From NCBI GenBank assembly GCA_947479815.1, contig CANKAT010000002.1, forward strand, positions 4,291-68,290: 64,000 nucleotides of DNA, given 5' to 3'. Source of the stretch: Sphingobacteriaceae bacterium (GTDB lineage: Bacteria; Bacteroidota; Bacteroidia; Sphingobacteriales; Sphingobacteriaceae). The stretch's first letter is position 1, and each line of letters begins with the position of its first letter. The notes below the pieces were generated by a model, which had not been told where the DNA came from, did not search any database, and saw only the letters and a list, made by a program, of their open reading frames with translations. Shown here piece after piece: positions 1 to 9,789 of this stretch. Made by a program: the position numbers and the translations under genes.

Positions 1-1265
1 GTGCTCCATCAAGAAGCATTCTGATGACCGGTAAACATTCAGGCCACTCGTATATTAGAGGCAACTATGAATTGGGTGGCTTTGCAGATAGTTTAGAGGG
101 TGGCCAAATGCCATTGCATGAAGGAGCCTATACCATTGCCAGAATGCTGAAGGAAAGAGGCTATAGTACCGCATTGGTTGGCAAATGGGGCATGGGCGTA
201 ACCGGAACAACTGGAAGCCCGCTAAAGCATGGTTTTGATTATTACTATGGATACCTGGATCAAAAACAGGCACATAATTTTTATCCAACCCATCTTTGGG
301 AAAATGATCAATGGGATACTTTGAATAATCACGTGTTTAGCGTGCATGGAAAAATAGATCCCAAAACTGCCACAGATGCTGATTTTGAAAAATTTAGAGG
401 CAAAGATTATGCTCCTGCTAAAATGACCCAGAAAGCACTTGGTTTTCTTGACAAGAACAAAAACAAACCATTCTTTTTATACCTGCCCTATCCGCTTCCA
501 CACCTGGCCTTGCAAGCACCCGAAGAATACGTGAAAAAGTATATTGGACTTTTTGAGGAAAAACAGTATTTCGGCGAAAATGGTTATGCACCAAATAAAT
601 ATCCACTTTCAACGTACGCTGCAATGATTACTTTCCTAGATGACCAGGTGGGAATAATTATGGCAAGAATTAAAAAACTAGGGCTGGATGACAATACAAT
701 CATTATGTTTTCGAGTGATAATGGCGCCACTTTTTCGGCAGGAGTAGATACTAAATTCTTTAATAGTGTGTCGGGATTGCGCGGGCTCAAAATGGATTTA
801 TACGAAGGTGGTATACGGGTTCCTTTTATTGCCAGATGGCCAAATAAAATCAAGGCGAATACGGTTAGTGATCATGTTTCAGGTCAATTTGATATTATGG
901 CTACCCTATCCGAAATTAGTGGTAAAAAGATTAACAATTCTGATGGAATATCCTTACTGCCAGAACTTACGGGAAGGAAACAGGATCAACAAAAACATGG
1001 CTTTTTGTATTTTGAATATCCGGAGAATGGTGGTCAGCTTGCGGTAAGGATTGGCAACTGGAAAGGGGTCAAAAGAAATGTAAGAATGGCGCCAAATGGG
1101 AACTGGGAATTATTCGATCTGTCGAAAGACCGAAATGAAACTACCGATGTTTCTGCTGTTAATCCGCAGGTCATCTCACAAATAAACGTCGTTGTAAAGC
1201 GGGAACATACCCACCCTCATATACTGGATTGGGAATTTATTGACCCGAAAGTGTCTAAAAAATAA
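1..1265 (+). CDS. Arylsulfatase (S1 formylglycine-dependent sulfatase), 5'-truncated by window edge
   Basis: Frame is open from base 1 and reads (x)GT-GCT-CCA-TCA-AGA = [C/S]APSR-SILMTG, the sulfatase signature. Also GKWG, HGFD, SDNG and LYEGGIRVP motifs. The true start lies upstream. Confidence 0.93.
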   Translation, partial: APSRSILMTGKHSGHSYIRGNYELGGFADSLEGGQMPLHEGAYTIARMLKERGYSTALVGKWGMGVTGTTGSPLKHGFDYYYGYLDQKQAHNFYPTHLWENDQWDTLNNHVFSVHGKIDPKTATDADFEKFRGKDYAPAKMTQKALGFLDKNKNKPFFLYLPYPLPHLALQAPEEYVKKYIGLFEEKQYFGENGYAPNKYPLSTYAAMITFLDDQVGIIMARIKKLGLDDNTIIMFSSDNGATFSAGVDTKFFNSVSGLRGLKMDLYEGGIRVPFIARWPNKIKANTVSDHVSGQFDIMATLSEISGKKINNSDGISLLPELTGRKQDQQKHGFLYFEYPENGGQLAVRIGNWKGVKRNVRMAPNGNWELFDLSKDRNETTDVSAVNPQVISQINVVVKREHTHPHILDWEFIDPKVSKK

Positions 1266-1279
1266 AAGTAGGCGCCTTA

Positions 1280-2707
1280 TCAAATGAACTTTTGGGTAGT
1301 ATCAGCAAAAAATTGATCACTAAAATTTACCAAAAATAATTCGGCTGATGATCGGGTCACACCAGTATAGAGCCATCTCAAAAACTCGGTATTGAGCATC
1401 TCATCGGTTAGATATCCCTGATCAATAAATACGGCAGGCCATTGCCCACCCTGTGCCTTATGACAGGTAACTGCGAAAGCAAATTTTATTTGTAAAGCAT
1501 TGTAATATGGATCTTTCTTTAATTCATCCATTCTCAATTTTTTATTCTCAATGTGCATATAATCCTGTAAAACCGCCTCATATAAGCGCTTACTATCTGA
1601 ATTGGAAAGGCTCGGGGTTTCACAATACAAGGTGTCCAAAATCACCTTGCAGGTTAGCGGCTCCTGATCTGGATAGTCAAGTAGTTCGATGACCACTTCA
1701 GCAAAACGAAAACCGTATTGCTCCTCTACCCTTCTAACTTTCCTGATCCTAGCAATATCTCCGTTAGCAATAAAATCGCCACTGTTATCTTCAGGCTTGA
1801 GCCAGAAATAATTATTACGTACAATCATGATATGATCACCACCCGTTATTTCTTCCTCCCGGTAAAGGATACGATTGCGTATATTCTGATTATAGGCGTT
1901 TGCATTCTTATTGGAGCGGCAAATTACAATGGTATTCTCCATTCCGTATTTATCATAAGCATAATTTATACCTTCAACCAGGCGCTCTCCGGTCATTCTG
2001 AATATATCCTTATAGCCCTTGATCTTAAACTGAGGAAAAATTTCCTTTTCTTTCCGAATAAGTTCTCGCAACTGCGTAGCATTATGCAGAATGCCCGATT
2101 GCTTTTCTTGCCTAACCACATCGGTTAATTCGTAGCTGAACACTTCAAGTCCGAATTGGGAATTAAGCACCTCCTTTACCAAAGCCGGACTCGTATCCGA
2201 GCCAACGGGAGGAAGTTGCGCCGTATCTCCAACCAGCATAAGCTTACAGTTTTTGCCATTATATACATAACTGACCAAATCTTGTAAAAGACTATGCCTG
2301 CTATAATCATGTGCCTGATCTGCAATCATGGAGGCCTCATCAACAATAAAAAGAGTATTCTCCATGAGATTATCTCCCAACAAAAAGTTCATCTCAGGAC
2401 TTGCAGCTTCCTTTTTACGGTATATTTTTTTATGGATGGTAAATGCCTTGCGGCCAGAATAATTACTGATAACCTTGGCCGCCCGACCGGTAGGTGCTAA
2501 CAACACCGATTTTAGCTTAACCTGTGGAAGAACTTTTACCAAGGCACTAATGAGTGTAGTTTTCCCTGTACCGGCATAGCCCTTTAGTACAAAGCAGGAA
2601 TCTACATGGCTTGAAAGCACAAACTTCTGCAACAATACAAAAACCTCACTTTGCTGTGAGGTAGGAACATTTCCGAAATTTTGTTCAATCAGATCATGGA
2701 AATTCAT
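1280..2707 (-). CDS. RecD-like SF1B ATP-dependent helicase / exoDNase V alpha-like ATPase
   Basis: Walker A GYAGTGKT, LAPTGRAA, VDEASM, GDTAQLPPV, TCHKAQG, YTGVTR. ATG at 2707 preferred over the TTG at 2722. Confidence 0.88.
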   Translation of the reverse strand: MNFHDLIEQNFGNVPTSQQSEVFVLLQKFVLSSHVDSCFVLKGYAGTGKTTLISALVKVLPQVKLKSVLLAPTGRAAKVISNYSGRKAFTIHKKIYRKKEAASPEMNFLLGDNLMENTLFIVDEASMIADQAHDYSRHSLLQDLVSYVYNGKNCKLMLVGDTAQLPPVGSDTSPALVKEVLNSQFGLEVFSYELTDVVRQEKQSGILHNATQLRELIRKEKEIFPQFKIKGYKDIFRMTGERLVEGINYAYDKYGMENTIVICRSNKNANAYNQNIRNRILYREEEITGGDHIMIVRNNYFWLKPEDNSGDFIANGDIARIRKVRRVEEQYGFRFAEVVIELLDYPDQEPLTCKVILDTLYCETPSLSNSDSKRLYEAVLQDYMHIENKKLRMDELKKDPYYNALQIKFAFAVTCHKAQGGQWPAVFIDQGYLTDEMLNTEFLRWLYTGVTRSSAELFLVNFSDQFFADTTQKFI

Positions 2708-2815
2708 CGCTGCAAATTGCAAATTCTTAGCCTTATATTTCTTGAAAGAAATGAATGGTTTACAATTAATTGAGCAGCAAATAGAAAGAATTTATAAAAT
2801 ATAGGTGAGAAACTA

Positions 2816-2823
2816 TACTTTTG
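2816..2823 (+). promoter_or_regulatory. Bacteroidota sigma-A -7 element (TACTTTTG), probably leaderless transcript
   Basis: Exact TAnnTTTG match ending 6 nt before the ATG at 2830. Confidence 0.6.
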
Positions 2824-2829
2824 TGATCG

Positions 2830-3681
2830 ATGATTAAATTACTCCACTTAGTTGACGATGAGTTTCAATCTCAAAATGCCGCTAAATGCGATCTTCTGAT
2901 CCATATAGGTATTGAATCATTTCAATATGCAATTATTGACAAGGTTAGAGACGAGCTGAAAGCGCTAGTGGAATATGAATTGCCTAATATTTCCGATCAG
3001 GGTGATTTAATTCAAGCCATTGAAAATCTGTCAGAATGTACTAAAGAATTTAAGTATTCATTTAACAAGGTCAAAATATCCATTGATAGCTACCAGTTCA
3101 CATTTATTCCCGACGAGTTTTACCAATCTGGCAATGATGAAGAATATGCAAAATTCATTATTACTAAGCAACAAGCTGTAATTCTTTGCAACCCCATTCC
3201 TGCTGCAAAAATCAAAAATATCATTGCGATTAATTCAGATTTACACCTAGCGCTCCACAAAATTTTCCATAACCCTAAAATTTATGGACAGGCAAGCGCT
3301 TTCATTCAGGGTATACTCAAGAGTTTTAAACAGAATACAGCGCCTTCACTTTATATTGATATTCATCAAAAACATGTTCAGTTCGCTTATTTTAAGCAAT
3401 CTGAATTGTCATTTTATAACCTATTTGATAGCATCAATGCCATTGAGTTCAACTATTTTATCCTGAACATCATTGAATCTTTGAAAGTAGATCTTGATCA
3501 TACTGCTATTATTCTATCAGGGCAGGTAATTGAGAATGATGAATTTTATCAGCGAATTGAAAAATATTTTAAAGACATTCAATTTGCTGACAGCAGACTG
3601 ATTATTAAGCATCCTGAACTATTTGACAAGGTGTCTGCCCAGACATTTTTCTCCCTTCTTACACTTGACCAATGCGAATAA
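2830..3681 (+). CDS. DUF3822-like protein
   Basis: 283 aa. Typical Bacteroidota position between the RecD-like gene and rsmD; FTFIP and YNLFD...EFNYFIL segments. Confidence 0.72.
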   Translation: MIKLLHLVDDEFQSQNAAKCDLLIHIGIESFQYAIIDKVRDELKALVEYELPNISDQGDLIQAIENLSECTKEFKYSFNKVKISIDSYQFTFIPDEFYQSGNDEEYAKFIITKQQAVILCNPIPAAKIKNIIAINSDLHLALHKIFHNPKIYGQASAFIQGILKSFKQNTAPSLYIDIHQKHVQFAYFKQSELSFYNLFDSINAIEFNYFILNIIESLKVDLDHTAIILSGQVIENDEFYQRIEKYFKDIQFADSRLIIKHPELFDKVSAQTFFSLLTLDQCE

Positions 3682-4214
3682 TAGGTGGACGTTTAAAAGG
3701 TCTTCGCTTAAATCCTCCGTCTAATTTACCTGTCAGACCGACCACAGACCAAGCAAAAGAAGCGCTGTTCAATATTCTTTACAATCAGTTCAATTTTGAG
3801 AATGTTAAGGTATTGGATCTTTTTAGTGGAACTGGAAATATTTCATTAGAATTTGCATCACGTGGTGCTGCTGAAATATGTTCAGTAGATCGAGATTTTG
3901 GCTGTATCAATTACCTGCGTTCACTAATCAAACAATACGAACTCAATACCATTAAGCCTGTTAAATCAGATGTATTTAAATATCTGGAACTGGAAACAGA
4001 CAAATTTGATCTGATCTTTGCTGATCCTCCCTACGACCTTCCACAACTTAATACGATTGCTGCAAAAGTATTAGACCGCGATCTGCTACAGCCAGAGGGC
4101 TATTTGATTATAGAGCATCCAAGTTTAAAAAAATTAGATAACCACCCACTTTTTCTTGAACAGAGAAAATATGGGTCTTCCTCATTCAGCTTCTTTGGAA
4201 AAAATGTACTATAA
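3672..4214 (+). CDS. rsmD: 16S rRNA (guanine966-N2)-methyltransferase
   Basis: MRIIGG, RPTTD, LDLFSGTG, DPPY motifs; overlaps the upstream gene by 10 nt. Confidence 0.93.
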   Translation: MRIIGGRLKGLRLNPPSNLPVRPTTDQAKEALFNILYNQFNFENVKVLDLFSGTGNISLEFASRGAAEICSVDRDFGCINYLRSLIKQYELNTIKPVKSDVFKYLELETDKFDLIFADPPYDLPQLNTIAAKVLDRDLLQPEGYLIIEHPSLKKLDNHPLFLEQRKYGSSSFSFFGKNVL

Positions 4215-4350
4215 ATTGAAACAAGGTGTCATCATTTATAGTTAACTTTATTTTAGCTGATTTAGATCAGTGTATAACATCAATATTGAATTAATTTATC
4301 CCAAACAAACATTATTTAGTTTAAGGGAATCTTAACCAAATTATAAACAA

Positions 4351-4812
4351 ATGAAAATTGCTCTTTTCCCTGGATCATTTGACCCGGTTACCAAAGCTCA
4401 TGTTGACATATTAAAACGCGCTCTGCCTTTATTTGATAAGGTTGTAATCGGAATAGGCTTAAACAGCACCAAGGCCGCTTATCTAACCCTAGAAAAAAGA
4501 AAAGAAATGCTTAGGGCTGTTTTTGCTGACGAGCCCAAAGTTGAGGTACAGACTTACGAGGGGCTTACCGTTGAGTTCTGTAAAAAGATTCAATCCAATT
4601 ACATGATCAGAGGTATACGGACCGTTTCAGATTTTGAATATGAAAAAGCGATTGCACAAATGAATCATGCGCTTGAACCAGAAATTGAAAGTATTTTTAT
4701 AGTAAGCAAGCCAGGTTATTCATCCATAAGCTCTACCATTGTACGTGATATTATGAGAAACAAAGGCGATGTGAAGCAGTTTATTCCAAAAGAAGCATTT
4801 GATCTGCTTTAA
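4351..4812 (+). CDS. coaD: Phosphopantetheine adenylyltransferase
   Basis: FPGSFDPVTKAH, RGIR..DFEYE, ISSTIVR. Confidence 0.96.
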   Translation: MKIALFPGSFDPVTKAHVDILKRALPLFDKVVIGIGLNSTKAAYLTLEKRKEMLRAVFADEPKVEVQTYEGLTVEFCKKIQSNYMIRGIRTVSDFEYEKAIAQMNHALEPEIESIFIVSKPGYSSISSTIVRDIMRNKGDVKQFIPKEAFDLL

Positions 4813-4816
4813 TTTC

Positions 4817-5425
4817 CTATTTAATTACGTTAATCAAATCTTTGATTAAGGGATACGTATTCTGACGAACCAACATTAAATCTCCTGCTGAAAGCCATCG
4901 GGCATCAGTAATTCCTTCTTCGAGCTGTGGCACAAGTTTTTTTTGTTTATTAGCTCCCATCCAGTACCAGGCCGTTTTTTTAATAACCATATCCCCATTT
5001 ATCTCATATACATGGTAGGTATTGCAGACCTTATCTTTACTACTTTTAATCTTTATTCCACATTCCTCCTGAACTTCACGTATAGCAGCTACCCTTGAAT
5101 TCTCTCCCTTTTCTATTTTTCCCTTCGGAAGATCCCATTTCCCATTCCTGAAAATAAATAGATACTTGTTTGTTTCATTACTAACTATCCCACCGGCAGC
5201 TTTGATTAAAATCATAGAGCGCTTAATTTCTTTAAAAACAGATTTGAAATTTTTGGTTAAAATAAGAAAGGTTTTAGGGCTTTGATGGTTACTGATGAGC
5301 TTATAGAAGCTAAAAAAATTAAAATCTGAGACTTTAAGTTCCTGATAATCTTCTATATCTGGAGGAAGTGATTCAGTCAGGATTAAAATTACTTCGTTGA
5401 TATAAATTTTATAAATTTGAGCCAT
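4817..5425 (-). CDS. NUDIX hydrolase
   Basis: Nudix box GKIEKGENSRVAAIREVQEECG. The likely start MAQIYKIY is at 5425, not 5503. Confidence 0.88.
   Translation of the reverse strand: MAQIYKIYINEVILILTESLPPDIEDYQELKVSDFNFFSFYKLISNHQSPKTFLILTKNFKSVFKEIKRSMILIKAAGGIVSNETNKYLFIFRNGKWDLPKGKIEKGENSRVAAIREVQEECGIKIKSSKDKVCNTYHVYEINGDMVIKKTAWYWMGANKQKKLVPQLEEGITDARWLSAGDLMLVRQNTYPLIKDLINVIK
5412..5419 (+). promoter_or_regulatory. -7 element (TAAATTTG) for pyrE, inside the NUDIX coding sequence
   Basis: Exact TAnnTTTG match 4 nt before the pyrE ATG. Confidence 0.6.
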
Positions 5426-6071
5426 GACTAATAAGAGTGAAATTGAACAGAAAGTAGCCGAATTTCTGCTACAAATTAAAGCAATTAAATTGCAACCCAA
5501 CAATCCTTTTACATGGGCATCGGGTTGGAAATCTCCAATTTACTGCGATAACCGCATTACACTATCTCACCCGGGAATTCGTACTTATATTCGCCAGAAA
5601 CTTTCTGCCTTAATTCAAGAAGAGTTTGGATCGGCTTCAATTATTGCAGGTGTAGCAACTGCAGGTATCCCTCAAGGTGTTTTAGTTGCCCAGGAATTAG
5701 GATTACCCTTTATTTATGTTCGTGCCAAAGCCAAAGAACATGGCAGAGGCAATTTGATTGAAGGAGAATTTTCGCCAGGACAGCGTGTAGTTGTTGTTGA
5801 AGATCTTATTTCAACAGGAAAAAGTAGTTTACAGGCCGTTCAGGCTTTAAGAGAAGCGGGTTGTGAAATTGCCGGACTTGTGGGAATATTTAATTATGGA
5901 TTTGATGCCGCAGAAGAAAATTTCAAAAATGCAAAATGCCGCTTCTTAACGCTATCTAATTACAATGCTTTAATTGAATTTGCTGCTGAACATCATTTTG
6001 TTTCAACCGATGATATCAAAATATTAAGAAAATGGCGCGAAGATCCAGAAGCCTGGGGCAATACCATCTAA
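5424..6071 (+). CDS. pyrE: Orotate phosphoribosyltransferase
   Basis: FTWASGWKSPIYCDNR, PRPP-binding VVVEDLISTGKS. Confidence 0.96.
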   Translation: MTNKSEIEQKVAEFLLQIKAIKLQPNNPFTWASGWKSPIYCDNRITLSHPGIRTYIRQKLSALIQEEFGSASIIAGVATAGIPQGVLVAQELGLPFIYVRAKAKEHGRGNLIEGEFSPGQRVVVVEDLISTGKSSLQAVQALREAGCEIAGLVGIFNYGFDAAEENFKNAKCRFLTLSNYNALIEFAAEHHFVSTDDIKILRKWREDPEAWGNTI

Positions 6072-6086
6072 TCTTAAATTAATACG

Positions 6087-6488
6087 ATGACCATTATAGA
6101 AAGTACGGTATCAATTAACAAACCTATAAATGAGGTTTTTGAGTTTTTGTCTGACTTGAATAACCATCAACAGCTGATGCCTGAAACTATTTACAATTGG
6201 TCATCTACAAAAGATGAAGCTAGGTTTACTATTCAGAATATGGCCAAATTAGCTTTAAAGGTTTCATCCATCACCAAAGACAAGGAAATTAGTGTAAAAC
6301 CTATTGAAGAAGTACCATTTGAACTTGAATTAAAATGGACCTTAACTGATGATGGAGCAGGCAATACACAAGCAACACATAGCATTTCAGCTGATCTGAA
6401 TATGATGATGAAAATGATTGTTTCAGGTCCTCTTCAAAAACTTGTTGATCACGAAGCCCAGGCTTTGAAAACTATACTTTCAACATAG
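6087..6488 (+). CDS. SRPBCC/START-fold protein, co-transcribed with pyrE
   Basis: 133 aa; N-terminal 'IESTVSINKPINEVFEFLSDLNN' pattern; 15-nt gap after pyrE. Confidence 0.7.
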   Translation: MTIIESTVSINKPINEVFEFLSDLNNHQQLMPETIYNWSSTKDEARFTIQNMAKLALKVSSITKDKEISVKPIEEVPFELELKWTLTDDGAGNTQATHSISADLNMMMKMIVSGPLQKLVDHEAQALKTILST

Positions 6489-6606
6489 AAATAATTCTGC
6501 TCTTACCTTTCAATAGTAACCTATTAAAAAACTCCCGCTTATCTTAAGAGGAATTTTTTGGGATTTTAAATAACCCTATTCATCCAATAATCACCTTATA
6601 AAGGCC

Positions 6607-6719
6607 GACAAAATATCAGGCTAAATTATTGCATATCAGACAATTAGTCAGAGCAAAATAAAATTAACAGACATAATTACAGTTCGTGTGCAAGTCTTGG
6701 TAAATGGCAGTTAAATTGA
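6607..6719 (+). promoter_or_regulatory. Three GACA-N6-CAG boxes plus TGGCAG-N5-TTGA (sigma54-like) upstream of clpB
   Basis: Boxes start at 6607, 6639 and 6670; TGGCAGTTAAATTGA spans 6705-6719. Confidence 0.5.
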
Positions 6720-6734
6720 GCCTAGTTAAGCACT

Positions 6735-9341
6735 ATGAATTTAAATAACTTCACCATCAAAGCTCAGGAAGCTGTACAAAAGGCTTCTGAAATAGCGAGC
6801 GGCAATCAGCAGCAAGCTATTGAAACTGCACACCTTTTAAAAGGACTGTTAAGTGTTGATGAAAATGTAATCAGCTACCTATTTAAAAAGCTCAATATCA
6901 ATAGCAATCGAATTACAGAAATAATTGACGCTCAAATACAGAGCTTCCCAAAAGTGAGCGGGAGTGAAATCTACCTTTCATCAGGTGCAAATGCTGCCCT
7001 ACAAAAAGGAATGACCTATTTAAAAGAATTTAAAGATGAATTTGTTTCTGTTGAGCACCTACTTTTAGGCCTTTTAAGCACCGGCGATAAAGTAAGTACG
7101 ATTTTGAAAGATGCCGGCATGAACGAGGCAGACCTAAAAAAAGCGATTTTGGAATTACGCGGAAATTCAAGGGTCACTGATCAGAATGCAGAAGCTACCT
7201 ATAATGCGCTGAATAAATATGCCCGAAACCTAAATGAATATGCAGAATCAGGAAAATTAGACCCGGTTATTGGACGCGATGAAGAAATAAGAAGGGTAAT
7301 TCAGATTCTTTCGCGCAGAACAAAGAATAATCCCATTTTGATTGGCGAACCTGGTGTAGGTAAAACTGCAATTGCTGAGGGCATTGCCTTTCGAGTAATT
7401 CAGGGCGATGTTCCTGAAAATTTAAAAAGCAAAACAGTTTATTCTCTTGATATGGGTGCTTTGATTGCAGGAGCAAAATATAAAGGTGAATTTGAGGAAC
7501 GTTTAAAGGCTGTTATTAAAGAAGTTACCTCAAGTGACGGCGAAATAATTCTTTTCATTGATGAGATACATACCCTTGTAGGTGCAGGCGGTGGAGAAGG
7601 GGCTATGGATGCTGCTAATATTCTGAAACCTGCTCTGGCACGTGGAGAACTTCGTGCTATAGGTGCTACCACATTGAATGAATACCAGAAATACTTTGAA
7701 AAAGACAAGGCTCTTGAACGTCGTTTTCAAAAAATCATGGTGGATGAACCCAATACGCAGGATGCAATTTCTATCCTTAGGGGTTTAAAAGAACGTTATG
7801 AAACACACCATAAAGTAAGGATCAGAGATGAAGCAATCATTGCAGCAGTAGAATTATCTCAACGCTATATTTCTGATCGTTTTCTTCCTGATAAGGCAAT
7901 TGACTTAATGGATGAAGCGGCCTCAAAACTTAGGTTAGAGATGGATTCAGTACCAGAAGTTGTAGATGAACTGAATCGGAAAATCATGCAGCTAGAGATT
8001 GAAAGAGAAGCGATAAAAAGGGAAAATGATGAGAAGAAAGTAAAGGAACTTTCTGAGGATATTGCTAATCTATCGAACGAACGGGATTCTTTAAGAGCCC
8101 GCTGGAAAGCAGAAAAAGACCTCGTTGATGCCATTAACAATCAAGGTGAGCAAATTGAAAGCTATAAACTGGAAGCTGATCAGGCTGAACGTGCAGGTGA
8201 TTATGGAAAGGTTGCCGAATTAAGATATGGGAAGATCAAAGAATCACAAGATCAGGTTGAAAAATTAAAAGCACAATTATCTGAAACACAGCTCGACAAC
8301 CGAATGCTGAAAGAGGAAGTGACGGCCGAAGACATTGCAGGAGTAGTTTCACGCTGGACAGGGGTGCCTGTTACTAAAATGATACAGAGCGAACGCGAGA
8401 AACTTCTGTACATGGAGACTGAGCTTCACAAACGTGTTGCCGGACAGGAAGAAGCAATTGAAGCTATCTCTGATGCAATAAGACGTTCACGTGCAGGCCT
8501 GCAGGATAAACGCAAACCTATCGGATCATTCATATTCCTTGGAACTACCGGCGTAGGTAAAACTGAACTTGCTAAGGCACTGGCAGAATATCTATTTAAT
8601 GATGAACACGCCATGATCCGGATTGATATGAGTGAATATCAGGAACGCCATGCAGTATCAAGACTGATTGGTGCGCCTCCGGGATACGTGGGTTATGATG
8701 AAGGGGGACAGCTTACTGAAGCAGTGCGAAGAAAGCCCTATTCCGTAATTCTACTCGATGAGATCGAAAAAGCACATCCAGATGTATTCAATATTTTACT
8801 ACAGGTTTTGGATGATGGACGATTAACTGATAACAAAGGTCGACTGGTTGATTTTAAGAATACAATCATTATCATGACCTCTAATATTGGTTCACACCTC
8901 ATTCAGGATAATTTTAAAGACTTGACTGATCTGAATAGAGACCAAGTGGTTGCCAAAACCAAAGGCGAATTATTTGAACTGTTGAAGCAAACCATACGTC
9001 CTGAATTTTTAAACAGGATCGATGAATTAATCATGTTCACTCCATTGAACCGCGACGAGCTTAGGGATATTGTATCACTTCAATTTAAAGGTGTACAAAC
9101 CACTCTTTCTGAAATGGGAATAGAGATTGAGGCCAGTGAGGAAGCATTAGATTGGTTGTCTCAATTAGGATATGATCCGCAATTTGGTGCTCGCCCCTTG
9201 AAACGAGTTATCCAAAAACGAATTTTGAATGAGTTGTCAAAAGAAATCCTTTCAGGAAAAATTGACAAGGATAGTAAAATCAAACTGGATGTATTCGATA
9301 ATCAGTTTGTATTTTTAAATAATGAGAAAATAGAAGAATAA
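6735..9341 (+). CDS. clpB: ATP-dependent disaggregase ClpB
   Basis: 868 aa; two AAA modules ([16 protein letters not shown]), coiled-coil middle domain, GYVGY pore loop. Confidence 0.97.
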   Translation: MNLNNFTIKAQEAVQKASEIASGNQQQAIETAHLLKGLLSVDENVISYLFKKLNINSNRITEIIDAQIQSFPKVSGSEIYLSSGANAALQKGMTYLKEFKDEFVSVEHLLLGLLSTGDKVSTILKDAGMNEADLKKAILELRGNSRVTDQNAEATYNALNKYARNLNEYAESGKLDPVIGRDEEIRRVIQILSRRTKNNPILIGEPGVGKTAIAEGIAFRVIQGDVPENLKSKTVYSLDMGALIAGAKYKGEFEERLKAVIKEVTSSDGEIILFIDEIHTLVGAGGGEGAMDAANILKPALARGELRAIGATTLNEYQKYFEKDKALERRFQKIMVDEPNTQDAISILRGLKERYETHHKVRIRDEAIIAAVELSQRYISDRFLPDKAIDLMDEAASKLRLEMDSVPEVVDELNRKIMQLEIEREAIKRENDEKKVKELSEDIANLSNERDSLRARWKAEKDLVDAINNQGEQIESYKLEADQAERAGDYGKVAELRYGKIKESQDQVEKLKAQLSETQLDNRMLKEEVTAEDIAGVVSRWTGVPVTKMIQSEREKLLYMETELHKRVAGQEEAIEAISDAIRRSRAGLQDKRKPIGSFIFLGTTGVGKTELAKALAEYLFNDEHAMIRIDMSEYQERHAVSRLIGAPPGYVGYDEGGQLTEAVRRKPYSVILLDEIEKAHPDVFNILLQVLDDGRLTDNKGRLVDFKNTIIIMTSNIGSHLIQDNFKDLTDLNRDQVVAKTKGELFELLKQTIRPEFLNRIDELIMFTPLNRDELRDIVSLQFKGVQTTLSEMGIEIEASEEALDWLSQLGYDPQFGARPLKRVIQKRILNELSKEILSGKIDKDSKIKLDVFDNQFVFLNNEKIEE

Positions 9342-9373
9342 ACGCTGAATGAACTCAAAAAAAGGCAACTAAC

Positions 9374-9410
9374 AAAAAATCCCTGCTGATACCATCAGCA
9401 GGGATTTTTT
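9374..9410. terminator. Bidirectional intrinsic terminator between clpB and csp
   Basis: AAAAAATCCCTGCTGAT-ACC-ATCAGCAGGGATTTTTT, perfect stem. Confidence 0.9.
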
Positions 9411-9439
9411 AATTTAGGATGTAATGTTTTTAAAATAAA

Positions 9440-9628
9440 TTAAGCAAGTCTGACGTTTACTGCACTAAGGCCTTTCTTGCCTTCTTCAACTTCAAACTCA
9501 ACTTTATCATTTTGTCTTATATCCTGCTTTAGTCCACTTACATGAACGAAAATTTCTTTGCCATCCTCTTGGGTAATAAATCCGAATCCTTTGGACTCGT
9601 TGAAGAATTTTACTGTACCGGTTTCCAT
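9440..9628 (-). CDS. Cold-shock protein (CSD)
   Basis: [15 protein letters not shown] (RNP1) and IFVH (RNP2), 62 aa. Confidence 0.96.
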   Translation of the reverse strand: METGTVKFFNESKGFGFITQEDGKEIFVHVSGLKQDIRQNDKVEFEVEEGKKGLSAVNVRLA

Positions 9629-9789
9629 TAATTAATAGTTTAGTTGTTAATTAGTTTAGTGTTACTGCAATTTAGTGAAATAATTCGGAATAAATAAACA
9701 TATAAATTTCAAAAATAATTAAAGAAAAAAATTAATTGAAGCATAAATGGGATCAGACTTGTTTTTTAGGACGCCAAACAATCAGCACT

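Noticed and set aside
5426..5503. N-terminal extension of the NUDIX ORF to 5503, as given in the ORF track
   Set aside because: It is the antisense of pyrE codons and starts at TTG; MAQIYKIY at 5425 is the more plausible start
6526..6559. Imperfect hairpin after the SRPBCC gene
   Set aside because: Several mismatches in the stem; it may terminate but is not supportable
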